A stretch of 64,000 bases of DNA, taken from NCBI GenBank assembly GCA_951812955.1, contig OX638340.1, positions 1,632,001 through 1,696,000 of the forward strand, written 5' to 3'. Shown one piece after another: positions 1-10,938 of the stretch. Each line of letters opens with the position of its first letter. The first letter of the stretch is position 1. The translations under genes and the position numbers were made by a program. The DNA is from an uncultured Gemmatimonadota bacterium. Its GTDB lineage: Bacteria > JAAXHH01. Below the pieces are notes generated by a model. The model saw nothing but the letters and a program-made list of their open reading frames with translations, was not told the DNA's origin and did no database searches.

Positions 1-680
1 CGGAGCCCCGGTACGATGTCATCGGACAATTCGACACCGCCGAACATGGCGCCGGTCGGTTCCAGGATGAGGCAGGCGACGTCGTTATCCCGCTTCAGGA
101 TGTCCGCCACGCGGTCCAGGTTTACCTCCGGCAGGCTGATGACGGTATCGAACACCTCCCGCAATACGCCGGGCATGGGCTTGTCGCGGCCCGGCCCCAC
201 GCCGTCCAGGACCTGGTCGTGCCAGCCGTGGTAATGCCCCCGGAACTTGATGACCTTGCGCCGGCCCGTGAACGTACGCGCCAGCCGGATGGCCATGAGC
301 GTGGCCTCGGTACCGGACGAAACGAAACGGACCGTCTCCGCGGAGGGCATCAGTTGTGTGATCATGTCCGCCCATTCGATCTCGAGTTCGTGGCAGGCGC
401 CGTAGTGAGTGCCCTTAGCCGCCTGCTCGGCGATCGCCTGAACGATCACGGGATGGCTGTGGCCCAGGATCAGGGATCCGTGCCCCATCCAGTAGTCAAT
501 GATCTCCCGGCCCTCTACCGACCACTTGCGCGATCCCTGCGCCCGGTCGATGTACACCGGGAAGGGGCGCATGAACCGTCCGTCGTGGGTCACCCCGTTG
601 GGGAATCGTTTGAGCGCACGCTCGTACAGCGTGGCCGATTGGTTAAAGGTCTGCCTGTAGGTTGATTCAAGCATCGTCAT
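1..680 (-). CDS. Class-III (PLP-dependent) aminotransferase, similar to glutamate-1-semialdehyde 2,1-aminomutase; partial, 3' end lies beyond the window start
   Basis: My minus-strand translation from ATG at 680 gives MTMLESTYRQTFNQSATLYERALKRFPNGVTHDGRFMRPFPVYIDRAQGSRKWSVEGREIIDYWMGHGSLILGHSHPV...ETVRFVSSGTEATLMAIRLAR, i.e. the VRFVxSGTEAxxxAIRLAR motif of HemL / class-III aminotransferases. The ORF runs off the 5' edge of the window and so is missing from the supplied ORF track. The listed ORFs at 16..234, 85..375 and 219..665 are other frames. Confidence 0.7.
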   Translation of the reverse strand, partial: MTMLESTYRQTFNQSATLYERALKRFPNGVTHDGRFMRPFPVYIDRAQGSRKWSVEGREIIDYWMGHGSLILGHSHPVIVQAIAEQAAKGTHYGACHELEIEWADMITQLMPSAETVRFVSSGTEATLMAIRLARTFTGRRKVIKFRGHYHGWHDQVLDGVGPGRDKPMPGVLREVFDTVISLPEVNLDRVADILKRDNDVACLILEPTGAMFGGVELSDDIVPGL

Positions 681-1017
681 GGATGACGCTCCGCATAACC
701 CGAATCGCGCCTGGAAATGCCGGATTCCAGAAGCGATGCCGTAGAGGTGGTATCGTTGTTGAATCCCTATAATACGGGGAGTATGGGGGGATGACAAGGC
801 CTATCTATTAGGTCCGAAGGAGGGGTTTCGGCTTGACATTCGGCCTGAAAATGGTAGGTTAATCCGAACAGCAAAGCAGCACGTTGTATCTACACGCGAT
901 CGAGCGGAACACACGGTCGAGCAAAGCGCGCGTTTGAGCAGAGCACACTGTCGAGCAGAATACGTAATCGGTTAAAGTGAGACCGATCAGCCGGCCAGTC
1001 CCCCGGGGATTCCGTTC

Positions 1018-1620
1018 ATGCCGTACATTGAAGCAAAATACAATGAATTCGTGGTTTCGAAACGCCCCACAGACCGACGACCGAGCGGCACGCTCAAGGT
1101 CTTCCTCGCGGCAGTCAGCTGCCTGGCGATCGCGGTCAGCGCGACGATTAGCGTTCCGAACGCCACTGCCGGGGATGGCAGCGAGAAAAGAGCGTCAGAA
1201 CCCGACTGGCAACGGCTCGATAAGGCCCTGACAATGGCCAAAGACTCCGGCAAGCTCATTATCGTCAACTTTTACACCGACTGGTGCCCTAATTGCAGAA
1301 GGATGAATGAGAAGACCTATCGTGACGATGGCGTCCTGAAGCAACTGAGCAAGTCCTTCATCCCGGTGAAGCTGAACGCGGAGTCCTCCCAAACGCTGAT
1401 TATTGAAGGCCAGGCCGTAACGGAATACCAGGTGGCCCTGGTTTTCCAGGTCAACAGCTATCCCACCACGTGGTTCCTGTCATCGGACGGCCGACCTCTC
1501 ATACCCGTCAGAGGTTACTACGGCCCCGATCTCTTCGCTCCCATGCTGCGTTTTGTCGAAGGCGGATGGTACGAGAAGATGGATTTCGACATGTACATGG
1601 AGCGGGAAAAGAAGAAATAA
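1018..1620 (+). CDS. Thioredoxin-fold protein (TlpA/DsbE-like thiol:disulfide oxidoreductase), probably secreted
   Basis: WCPNC redox motif. There is a hydrophobic signal-like segment (LKVFLAAVSCLAIAVSATISVPNATA) after a short N-terminal leader. Confidence 0.6.
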   Translation: MPYIEAKYNEFVVSKRPTDRRPSGTLKVFLAAVSCLAIAVSATISVPNATAGDGSEKRASEPDWQRLDKALTMAKDSGKLIIVNFYTDWCPNCRRMNEKTYRDDGVLKQLSKSFIPVKLNAESSQTLIIEGQAVTEYQVALVFQVNSYPTTWFLSSDGRPLIPVRGYYGPDLFAPMLRFVEGGWYEKMDFDMYMEREKKK

Positions 1621-1778
1621 AAAGACGGCGCCGGTAAACTCCCGCCGGGGCAATGGCAGACGGATTTGTTCAGTCCGTTCAAGAGTTCACGCGACGCCGC
1701 TTTTACTTGTCGTACGGCCGCTATGTCGCCGGCCGGTTTATCCCTCGCGGCCAGCCGATTTACACACCTCTCACTCCT

Positions 1779-2639
1779 TCAATCCGCGTAGGCGGCCAAG
1801 CGCCTGCCGTGGCGGGTGTGGCGCAGCTTGTTGATGGCCTTCTGCTTGATCTGGCGGATTCGTTCCCGCGTCAGGCCGAATCGAACCCCGATCTCTTCCA
1901 ACGTGTAGGACCGGTCCGAATTCAGGCCGAAGTAGAGATTCAACACTTCGCTCTCCCGATCGGTCAGGGTCGAAACCGCACGCCGGACCTCGCTCCGCAT
2001 GAGCTCTTCCTGCAATTCTTCGTCCGGCATCTTGCTGTCCTGATCCCGGAGCCGGTCCATCAGCGTGTAGGCATCCTGGTCGCCGATCGGCGCATCCAGG
2101 GATAGCGGCGTGCTCGCCCATTCCGGCAGGGCGGGATGCCGGCCCTTGCCGTAACTCCGCTCCGCGTCTAAACCGGCGCCGGAATCGTCTCCGGCCTGGG
2201 CGCTTTCAGCTTCCCGCTTCTTGATGGTGCGCTCGATCCGGCGCAGTTCCTCTATCTTGTTGACGGGCAATCGGATCAACCGGGCCTGTTCGGCCAGAGC
2301 ATGGAGAATAGCCTGCCGAATCCACCACACGGCGTAGGAGATAAACTTGAATCCCTTCGTCTCATCGAAACGGCGCGCGGCTTTCATCAGGCCGATATTC
2401 CCCTCGCTGATCAGATCGGAAAGGGAGAGACCCTGGTTCTGGTATTGCTTGGCGACCACAACGACGAATCGCAGGTTGGCGTGTACCATGGCCTCGAGGG
2501 CATTCTCGTCGCCATCACGGATTCGGCGGGCCAGTTCCTCCTCATCCGCTGGTGTCAGCAGTTCCGTATCGCCGATCTCTTTCAGGTATACGTCGAGCGA
2601 CTGGTCGTCTCTGATTTGGATCCTCGTGTTCAACTTCAT
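1779..2639 (-). CDS. rpoD: RNA polymerase sigma-70 family factor; compact ~286 aa primary sigma of the Bacteroidota type (SigA/RpoD-like)
   Basis: Regions 2, 3 and 4 are recognisable (LRFVVVVAKQYQNQGLSLSDLISEGNIGLMKAARRFDETKGFKFISYAVWWIRQAI ... TLEEIGVRFGLTRERIRQIKQKAINKL). It is very similar in length and sequence to Bacteroides SigA as I remember it. Confidence 0.6.
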   Translation of the reverse strand: MKLNTRIQIRDDQSLDVYLKEIGDTELLTPADEEELARRIRDGDENALEAMVHANLRFVVVVAKQYQNQGLSLSDLISEGNIGLMKAARRFDETKGFKFISYAVWWIRQAILHALAEQARLIRLPVNKIEELRRIERTIKKREAESAQAGDDSGAGLDAERSYGKGRHPALPEWASTPLSLDAPIGDQDAYTLMDRLRDQDSKMPDEELQEELMRSEVRRAVSTLTDRESEVLNLYFGLNSDRSYTLEEIGVRFGLTRERIRQIKQKAINKLRHTRHGRRLAAYAD

Positions 2640-2692
2640 TCCGAATCACCTCCCTGCCAGTACAGTTGCGTGTGTATTGTTGGCAGCCACAT

Positions 2693-2727
2693 TATGCCAA
2701 TTTGGCATAATGTGCCAATTTGGCATA
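2693..2727. promoter_or_regulatory. Two adjacent 8-1-8 inverted repeats (TATGCCAA-t-TTGGCATA, then TGTGCCAA-t-TTGGCATA); operator-like
   Basis: Read directly from the sequence. It lies in the divergent region between the sigma gene (minus, start 2639) and the hsp20 gene (plus, start 3011). Confidence 0.3.
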
Positions 2728-3010
2728 TCCTAAATGGTCTTACTAATGTAGTCGGATTATTCAATTTTTTCTCGAGTCTTTTCTAATAATCTAACCGTTT
2801 TGCAATCAATGACTTACACTTCTCGTTTAACATTCTTTCGGATGCACACACTCAAACTGGCACGGTCTTTGCAATTACTATGTTGCGGATACCGATTCTG
2901 CCGCTTCGTCCGCGATTCTTAACTAGTGTACGCCGGCGAAGGCCATTCGGTTCCGAAAGACGGCGAAGAGTTTTCGAAGTGTTGCAGTATACACCTAAAG
3001 GAGGAGCATC

Positions 3011-3433
3011 ATGAGAGCGACAACCATTTTCCCGCTGCCGAACCTGCATAGCCTGCAGACCGAATTGGACGGCATGTTCCGTCAATTCCCGTTCAGGTCC
3101 GATCTCTCGAACCGCCTGTCGCCTCGCGTGGACACCCATGAGACCGAGGACGCCTTCCTGGTCGCGGTGGACCTTCCGGGCGTGGCATCGGACGACGTGG
3201 CGATCAACCTCGACAAGGGTGTGCTGACCGTGAGCGGCGAGCGCAAGAGTCCGTTCGGTCTCAATGGCGACGCAGAGCGGCAATCAGACGGCAAGTTCGA
3301 GCACGCTTTTCCCGTGCCGGACTCGGTAGATACCGATTCGATCGACGCGACGTACAAGGACGGCGTCATGACGATCACGCTGCGGAAGTCGAAGTCATCG
3401 CAGCCCAGGCAGATTCCGATCACCGTCGCCTAG
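3011..3433 (+). CDS. Hsp20/alpha-crystallin family small heat-shock protein
   Basis: Alpha-crystallin domain pattern (DxxETEDAFLVAVDLPGV...GVLTVSGERK...AxYKDGVMTITLRK). Confidence 0.85.
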   Translation: MRATTIFPLPNLHSLQTELDGMFRQFPFRSDLSNRLSPRVDTHETEDAFLVAVDLPGVASDDVAINLDKGVLTVSGERKSPFGLNGDAERQSDGKFEHAFPVPDSVDTDSIDATYKDGVMTITLRKSKSSQPRQIPITVA

Positions 3434-3614
3434 TCTTTCGCTGAATCACGGGCGGGACGAACCCGCTCATCCAGGAATCGGACATGGCCCGCCTCTTTGC
3501 AGGGACGGGCGTGTCCGTTTTCCATGGGGCAAACCGGGTCTGGTCATTTTTGGGATCGGACAAGGCTCGCCTCATCATGTTTAAAGAGGTATAACCTTCT
3601 GGGAGCAACAACAC

Positions 3615-5597
<1,983 letters not shown>

Positions 5598-5609
5598 GGG
5601 GAGCAAAAG

Positions 5610-5647
5610 AAACGCGGGGCTCGATGTGAGTCCCGCGTTTTCTGTTT
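5610..5647. terminator. Rho-independent terminator hairpin (AAACGCGGG...CCCGCGTTT followed by TCTGTTT). It could serve convergent dnaK (plus) and the OMP gene (minus).
   Basis: A perfect 9-bp stem plus a T-run sits directly after the dnaK stop and after the convergent gene that ends at 5681. Confidence 0.6.
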
Positions 5648-5680
5648 GGTGGTCTATTTCTCAAGAATTCCAGCGGCCAA

Positions 5681-6229
5681 TCACCCTCCGAGACGAAACG
5701 AAACGCCCAGGTTCGCATACCTCCACAGATCGTTGCTCACGCCAAATGATGCGACAACGCCAAATCGATGCGTGACCCATATCCCACCCCCGATAGACCC
5801 AACAGGGTCAATAGCGGTTGTTTCGTCCTCTAAGTCGAAGACGTCGATATCTCCCCGCTTGATTTCCACACCGAGCAGCCCCTCGACATAGTACTTCCTG
5901 GACTCGCCATAATAAAAACGGACGCCTCCGGATATCGGGATGCCCTGATACGCCGAGTCAATAGGGATCAAATTACCGTCCACATCGAAGACATCTTCCA
6001 CTTTGGAGCCATAGTGATTGAATCCGGCTCTTGCAACCAGATCGAGAGATTCCAAGTTTTCGAGCGAATAGGTAACGGCCACGGAACCACCAAATCCCGT
6101 CCCGTCAGCTAAAATGTCCAATTCTTCCAGGGCGACTGATCTATGTCCTTCAATTTCCAGTGAAACCTGGGCGTGTGTCTTCCCGGCCATAATACAGGGA
6201 ATAAGTAGCAGGAAGAGTAATCGTCGCAT
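5681..6229 (-). CDS. Outer-membrane beta-barrel protein (OmpA-like/porin family), with signal peptide
   Basis: N-terminal signal MRRLLFLLLIPCIMAGKTHA. The body has an alternating hydrophobic beta-strand pattern rich in G/Y/F/N, and the protein ends FRLGG. Confidence 0.5.
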   Translation of the reverse strand: MRRLLFLLLIPCIMAGKTHAQVSLEIEGHRSVALEELDILADGTGFGGSVAVTYSLENLESLDLVARAGFNHYGSKVEDVFDVDGNLIPIDSAYQGIPISGGVRFYYGESRKYYVEGLLGVEIKRGDIDVFDLEDETTAIDPVGSIGGGIWVTHRFGVVASFGVSNDLWRYANLGVSFRLGG

Positions 6230-6274
6230 GGTTGATTCCTTTATTGGGTGTGCTTCACGTCAATCGGGACCATT

Positions 6275-6727
6275 TCACGCCCCTTCAAGCATCTCCAGGT
6301 CCGCCAGATCTCTCTGCCTGCCTGTCGCCCGTTTGTTCTTGATGAATTGATCGCGTCCGATGTAATGAACTTGGATATCCCCGTATGTACCGCGCACTCG
6401 CCCTTTGTTCGCTTCGCTCCACGAAACGCCCGTCAGTGAGTTTAAGATATCCAGTCGTACTGGAGGCACACCTAATTGTAGTACCGATTCGGCTGTTAAG
6501 AAATCTTCCGCGGTCAGCCCCAGATCACCAAACCCGAATTCATCAAGAACGATGGCCATGCGCTTGGCATTCACAGCGTCCGATTTGATATAGACATCAA
6601 GATCCCCTGTGTATCGAGGCGCCCCGTGAAAGGCCAGGGCATGTCCTCCGACGATCATGTACTCAACGTGATGAGCGTTTAATAACGCGAGCAACGCACT
6701 GAAGTCGGGGTCTGCCTTTATGTCCAT
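6275..6727 (-). CDS. Minimal nucleotidyltransferase (MNT)-fold protein
   Basis: hGG...x13...TGDLDVYI fits the MNT signature (GS-x9-13-DhDh). Confidence 0.5.
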   Translation of the reverse strand: MDIKADPDFSALLALLNAHHVEYMIVGGHALAFHGAPRYTGDLDVYIKSDAVNAKRMAIVLDEFGFGDLGLTAEDFLTAESVLQLGVPPVRLDILNSLTGVSWSEANKGRVRGTYGDIQVHYIGRDQFIKNKRATGRQRDLADLEMLEGA

Positions 6728-6872
6728 AGAGCTGGTTTCGGAGGTATTCGACCGCGGCGATCCGTTCTTCCGGCGTTTTGCTCAACCAGTAGGCAAGATC
6801 GTCCGTCGTGGCGGATTTATCGTCCAGGGGTCGTTTTCCTACTTTCTTCTCAATCATGAATCGACCTCCCAT
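6663..6872 (-). CDS. Small ORF (69 aa) immediately upstream of the MNT gene and overlapping it by ~65 nt; possible partner gene or a frameshifted N-terminal fragment
   Basis: ORF track only. The overlap geometry is seen in the sequence. Confidence 0.25.
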   Translation of the reverse strand: MGGRFMIEKKVGKRPLDDKSATTDDLAYWLSKTPEERIAAVEYLRNQLYGHKGRPRLQCVARVIKRSSR

Positions 6873-7039
6873 TACCGGTGGGTTTACTCAAATTAGCTCA
6901 TGAATCATGAAGTGTCAACCTGATAGAGCGTACGACCAGTGTAGGAGACTTTCGTTGACATGCTCAAGAATCCGATGTATTTTGATACCTATGCAATCAA
7001 TTGACATTAAACTACTTCTCTTGTAATCAAGGTGCTGCC

Positions 7040-7261
7040 ATGAGTCAAATCACAGCAAGGGTTCCGGACAGCCTCGTCGAAGCACTTGATGCGGCGGCGG
7101 CAGAACTGAAAAGAAGTCGTGCCGCGCTTGTACGTCAAGCGCTTGAGCGATATCTTGAGGACTACGACGACCTCAGCGTAGCAATCGAACGTCTACGCGA
7201 TCCTTCTGATCCCGTGCTCGACTGGGACAAGGTCAGGAATGAGTTACTCGATTCACATTAA
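7040..7261 (+). CDS. Type II antitoxin, RelB/DinJ/ParD-like ribbon-helix-helix
   Basis: MSQITARVPDSLVEALDAAAAELKRSRAALVRQALERYLED, plus the C-terminal DPSDPVLDWDKVRNEL tail typical of RelB-type antitoxins. I chose the start at the Met of MSQITARV; the ORF track begins at 7001. Confidence 0.7.
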   Translation: MSQITARVPDSLVEALDAAAAELKRSRAALVRQALERYLEDYDDLSVAIERLRDPSDPVLDWDKVRNELLDSH

Positions 7262-7499
7262 GAAAAGTGCGGCCAAAGAACTGGCGCGTATTGCTTCGAA
7301 CGACCGTGGCCGCGTCATTCGTGCGATCGATCAACTAAAAGACCACCCTTACTCAGGCAGTCCTTTGAAAGGTGAGTTACGCGGCATCCGGCGAATTCGA
7401 GTGGGCGATTACCGTGTGTTGTACGAAGTCGGTGTAGAAGAACTCACCATACTCATAGTACGGGTAGCCACTCGAGAGGAAGTACACCGTCGTGGATGA
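7239..7499 (+). CDS. Type II toxin, RelE/ParE family
   Basis: 86 aa, with a RelE-like core (RIRVGDYRVLYEV...LTILIVRVATREEV). It overlaps the antitoxin by 23 nt, which is typical of coupled toxin-antitoxin operons. Confidence 0.8.
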   Translation: MSYSIHIKKSAAKELARIASNDRGRVIRAIDQLKDHPYSGSPLKGELRGIRRIRVGDYRVLYEVGVEELTILIVRVATREEVHRRG

Positions 7500-7592
7500 T
7501 CTAACCAGTATCGGTTTAAGAGCCAAAAGATACGCGTTGATTCTGCCGTGGTGGCCATGTAAAATCTTCCTGAATCCAACCCGGGAGGCACC

Positions 7593-8762
7593 ATGGCAAT
7601 AGACAGCACCGCAGACCCTCTCGCAATTACCCTCGGCGTCGAGGAAGAATTCTTCCTCATCGATCCGGAAACGCGCGATCTGCTGCCGGATCCGGACCCG
7701 CATATATTCCAGGAATGTGAGAAGAACCGCGGGGACCACAAGGTCGTGGCCGAGTTCCTCCGCTCCCAGATCGAGACTACAACTCGGGTCTGCTCCTCCG
7801 TGACGGAAATCCATACTTCCCTGCTAGAGACCCGCCGCCTTGTCATCGCCGCGGCGGCAAAACATGGCGCCGCGGTACTGGCCGCTTCCACCCACCCCTT
7901 CGCGGCCTGGCACCAGCAGGTTCCAACGGCCGATCAGCGCTACGAACAGTTTGCCATGACTTACCAGCAGGCCGTAAGGGAACTGCTCGTGGGCGGCATG
8001 CACATCCACGCGGGTTTCGGCGACCCCGACAGCCGCGTGCGGGTCATGACGGCGATGCGTCGTTATATGCCGCTGCTCCACGCGTTATCCGCTTCCTCTC
8101 CCTTCAACAGCGGACGGGAGACCGGCTTCAAGTCGTATCGGCTGACCCTCTTCGGCAGCTTGCCGCGCACGGGTCTGCCGGGGCCGCTTCACTCCTGGGC
8201 GGAATTCGAGAAACTGGTCGAAGAATACCAAAGGTTGGAGTTCATCCAGGACAGCAGCGAGCTGTGGTGGGATATCCGTCCTTCCCGGGCCTTCCCTACC
8301 CTGGAACTGCGCATCTGCGACATCTGCCAGACCGTGGACGACGCCATGTGCGTCGTGGCGCTCTATGCGTGTCTCGTGCGATACCTGCTTCGGCTGGACA
8401 TGGAAGGGCGGCTTCCGACGGAACCGCCGACGGAACTGATCAAGGAAAACTGCTGGCTCGCCCAGCGTTACGGCGTGGTTGCTTTCCTGGGCGACACAGA
8501 GGGATCGGGCCGTCAGGATATCGATGAGTACGCCGAAGCCCTGGTCGAGAATCTGTCCGAAGACGCCAAGGCCCTCGGATGCGAAAACGAACTGCGCCAC
8601 ATTCTGGACCTCATCCGGTACGGCACTGGATCGGACCGGCAGATCGACCACTACAGACTTCGACGACTGGAAGGGGATTCGGAGGAGGAGGCCCTGCGGG
8701 CGGTCGTGGATCTCGTGGTCGCAGAGACCGGAAACGGCCTGGATGCGCCGGACGGGGCGTGA
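7593..8762 (+). CDS. Carboxylate-amine ligase, YbdK/GCS2 family (putative glutamate--cysteine ligase 2)
   Basis: LGVEEEFFLID N-terminal motif, the HIHxG segment, and 389 aa length match YbdK-type ligases. Confidence 0.85.
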   Translation: MAIDSTADPLAITLGVEEEFFLIDPETRDLLPDPDPHIFQECEKNRGDHKVVAEFLRSQIETTTRVCSSVTEIHTSLLETRRLVIAAAAKHGAAVLAASTHPFAAWHQQVPTADQRYEQFAMTYQQAVRELLVGGMHIHAGFGDPDSRVRVMTAMRRYMPLLHALSASSPFNSGRETGFKSYRLTLFGSLPRTGLPGPLHSWAEFEKLVEEYQRLEFIQDSSELWWDIRPSRAFPTLELRICDICQTVDDAMCVVALYACLVRYLLRLDMEGRLPTEPPTELIKENCWLAQRYGVVAFLGDTEGSGRQDIDEYAEALVENLSEDAKALGCENELRHILDLIRYGTGSDRQIDHYRLRRLEGDSEEEALRAVVDLVVAETGNGLDAPDGA

Positions 8763-8875
8763 CGATCAGCGTCGGCATGCCGCCTGCGGCGTGGTGTTGG
8801 CATCTTCCATTCTTAGTGACCGAACAGAAGAGCAACTCTTAAGAGCACCTTTTAAAACAGGGTGCCTCTGCCGAA

Positions 8876-9790
8876 TTGAAAGGAGACCAGCTCATGAAAC
8901 ATCGACCTGGGCTACTCATCCTGTGCCTGGCTATGATAACCATCCCTGGACTGGCAGCCGCCCAGGACGGCTGGTACCTGCGGTCCAACCTGGGCATCGC
9001 GGTGGCGCCGGGGTTAACCCTTGATGCCCGGGACAACGATTGGAGCACCCGATGCGATAAGCTCTCCAATCCGGGACTTGGCGAGACGAGTGCGGATGAA
9101 TGTGCGAGCGTTCCGCCGATCACGGGATGGACCCACGAAGTCGGCCGGGGCAGCGGGGTGCAGAGCGTACTTGCCCTGGGTTACGTATGGAACAATCTGC
9201 GGTTTGAGGGGGAGTATCTCTACCGAACCACGACCTACGAACCTGGAGAAGGTGAGTCACAGGTAATCGACGTGGTGACCCAGCAAAAACAACAGCAGGA
9301 ACTCGAGACCATCGACGGCGGGTTGGAAGACCTGCTATCGCACAGCATCTTCGCCAACGTGTACTACGAGTTTCAGACGAACTCGCGCTACACGCCCTAC
9401 TTCGGGATTGGCGTGGGGTTTTCCAGCACGTCGCTGGATTACTACGGCCGCTTCAAGCGAAATGACGATCCGGATGCGATCTCAACCTTCGAGGATCCGG
9501 TGAGGAAGGCGCGGCTCGCCGGCACCACGACGATCGGCAGGCACAAGCTCAATGATCTCCTGACCGCCTACCAGGCTGTCTTAGGTGTGGATTACGCGCT
9601 AAGCGACAAAGTGGGGATTGGGGCCAAGGTCCGGTGGGCCAAGTTCAGCGAATTCGACGACGGGGAACCGTGGACGCAGCTCCGCAGCCATGAATCTTCG
9701 GTCGGACGGGGATTCGATGTCATATACTACGTCTCGACGGACAAGCTCATGATGTTCGGGGCCAGTCTGAACATGATGTACAGTTTTTGA
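8876..9790 (+). CDS. Outer-membrane beta-barrel protein (porin-like), with signal peptide
   Basis: Signal LLILCLAMITIPGLAAAQDG, amphipathic beta-strand pattern, and an aromatic C-terminal residue (...MMYSF). Confidence 0.5.
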   Translation: MKGDQLMKHRPGLLILCLAMITIPGLAAAQDGWYLRSNLGIAVAPGLTLDARDNDWSTRCDKLSNPGLGETSADECASVPPITGWTHEVGRGSGVQSVLALGYVWNNLRFEGEYLYRTTTYEPGEGESQVIDVVTQQKQQQELETIDGGLEDLLSHSIFANVYYEFQTNSRYTPYFGIGVGFSSTSLDYYGRFKRNDDPDAISTFEDPVRKARLAGTTTIGRHKLNDLLTAYQAVLGVDYALSDKVGIGAKVRWAKFSEFDDGEPWTQLRSHESSVGRGFDVIYYVSTDKLMMFGASLNMMYSF

Positions 9791-9802
9791 TCCGGAATCT
9801 GC

Positions 9803-10699
9803 ATGGAAAACGGGTACTTCAAGGGTCATGGACTGGGCAACGAATACATCGTGCTGGACCCGGCGGAACTGACCTTCACGTTGACGCCCGGCCGCATCGC
9901 CAGGATATGTGATCGCAAAAAGGGCATCGGAAGCGACGGCGTCCTGACCCTCGAAGAATCCGGTTCGGCAGACTTCGGCGTGCGGATCTGGAATCCGGAC
10001 GGCAGTGAGGCGGAAACTTCAGGTAATGGCCTACGTATTTTCGCCTGCTACCTGCATGCCACTGGTCGGACGCGAAAGAAGTCGTTCACGGTGGAAACGC
10101 CTGGAGGTATCGTCCGCGTCGAGACGCAGCTTGATTCGGCCGGAGCGGTGTGTGCAGCGACTGTGCACATGGGCAGGGCGACCTTCAAGCCTGAAGCGCT
10201 GCCCTGCACACTCGAAGTCGACGAACTGATCGAGCAACCGATCAGTGTCGCCGGCGAAGCGCTGACTTTCACCGGGGTAAGCGTTGGTAATCCCCACTGC
10301 GTCGTGTTCCATTCCAGGGGCCAGCAGTGGAGCAGCGACGATTTACTGCGTCTGGGTCCCGTACTTGAAACCCACCAGATCTTCCCGCAAAGAACCAACG
10401 TCCAGTTGGCCGAACCCACTGGTCCCCACTCGATCCGCATCCTGATCTGGGAACGCGGCGCCGGCGAAACGCCTTCATCCGGATCATCGGCCTGCGCGGC
10501 CGCAAGTGCGGCGGTGCGTATGGGAATTGTTACCTCTCCGGTGACCGTCGAGTCAGCCGGCGGAACATTGCTTGTAGACATGGATGAGAAGTTCTATCTG
10601 AGACTGGCAGGACCTGTTGCGGAGATGGCTCGGAGAACGTTCAATAAGGCGATGCTACGCGCGATTCTGGACACGGATCATGAGCCACAAACAACTTGA
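9803..10699 (+). CDS. dapF: Diaminopimelate epimerase
   Basis: GNEYIVLD near the N-terminus, the ETSGNGLR segment, and the SVGNPHCVVF catalytic-Cys motif. Confidence 0.85.
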   Translation: MENGYFKGHGLGNEYIVLDPAELTFTLTPGRIARICDRKKGIGSDGVLTLEESGSADFGVRIWNPDGSEAETSGNGLRIFACYLHATGRTRKKSFTVETPGGIVRVETQLDSAGAVCAATVHMGRATFKPEALPCTLEVDELIEQPISVAGEALTFTGVSVGNPHCVVFHSRGQQWSSDDLLRLGPVLETHQIFPQRTNVQLAEPTGPHSIRILIWERGAGETPSSGSSACAAASAAVRMGIVTSPVTVESAGGTLLVDMDEKFYLRLAGPVAEMARRTFNKAMLRAILDTDHEPQTT

Positions 10700-10748
10700 C
10701 ACGTAGGCGTCTGCGCTCTATATTTTGTTGCTGTTGTAATCGCCATTT

Positions 10749-10820
10749 TCCTCGGTAGCTCAATGGCAGAGCGGGTGGCTGTTAACCACTAGGTTGTTGG
10801 TTCGAATCCAACCCGAGGAG
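10749..10820 (+). tRNA. tRNA-Asn (anticodon GTT)
   Basis: I folded it by hand. Acceptor stem TCCTCGG/CCGAGGA, D-arm GCTC-AATGGCA-GAGC, anticodon loop CTGTTAA, T-arm GTTGG-TTCGAATC-CAACC. CCA is not encoded. Confidence 0.85.
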
Positions 10821-10938
10821 TAAATCATTCTCCGCAAGTTGTAGAGTCTCAGACGATCAGGAAATACCCTGATCTTCTTACCAAGCCCCACTCACTCTAT
10901 AACTGTTCCCACGATGCTCGCCGCTTCTTAACGCGACC

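Noticed and set aside
219-665. Listed plus-strand ORFs at 16-234 and 219-665, and the minus ORF at 85-375.
   Set aside because: They overlap, out of frame or antisense, a minus-strand frame carrying the unmistakable class-III aminotransferase motif. They are artefacts of high GC.
2690-2730. A sigma-54 promoter reading of the palindromes. The minus strand contains a perfect TGGCAC.
   Set aside because: The downstream GC dinucleotide is 2 nt too close relative to the strict TGGCAC-N5-TTGC spacing, so I treat these as operator-like palindromes and not as an RpoN promoter.
2301-2786. 161-aa plus-strand ORF antisense to the sigma factor gene. Similar antisense or alternate-frame ORFs inside dnaK, gltB, the Kef gene, the Mo-enzyme genes and others (e.g. 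3741-4271, 12385-13164, 27883-29220, 57281-58321, 59888-61012).
   Set aside because: Arg/Ala/Gly-rich translations typical of off-frame reading of GC-rich coding DNA. They lie entirely within well-supported genes.
3434-3614. A CIRCE/HrcA operator upstream of dnaK.
   Set aside because: There is no TTAGCACTC-N9-GAGTGCTAA-like element in the dnaK leader. The only dyad symmetry nearby is the different TGCCAA/TTGGCA palindrome upstream of hsp20.
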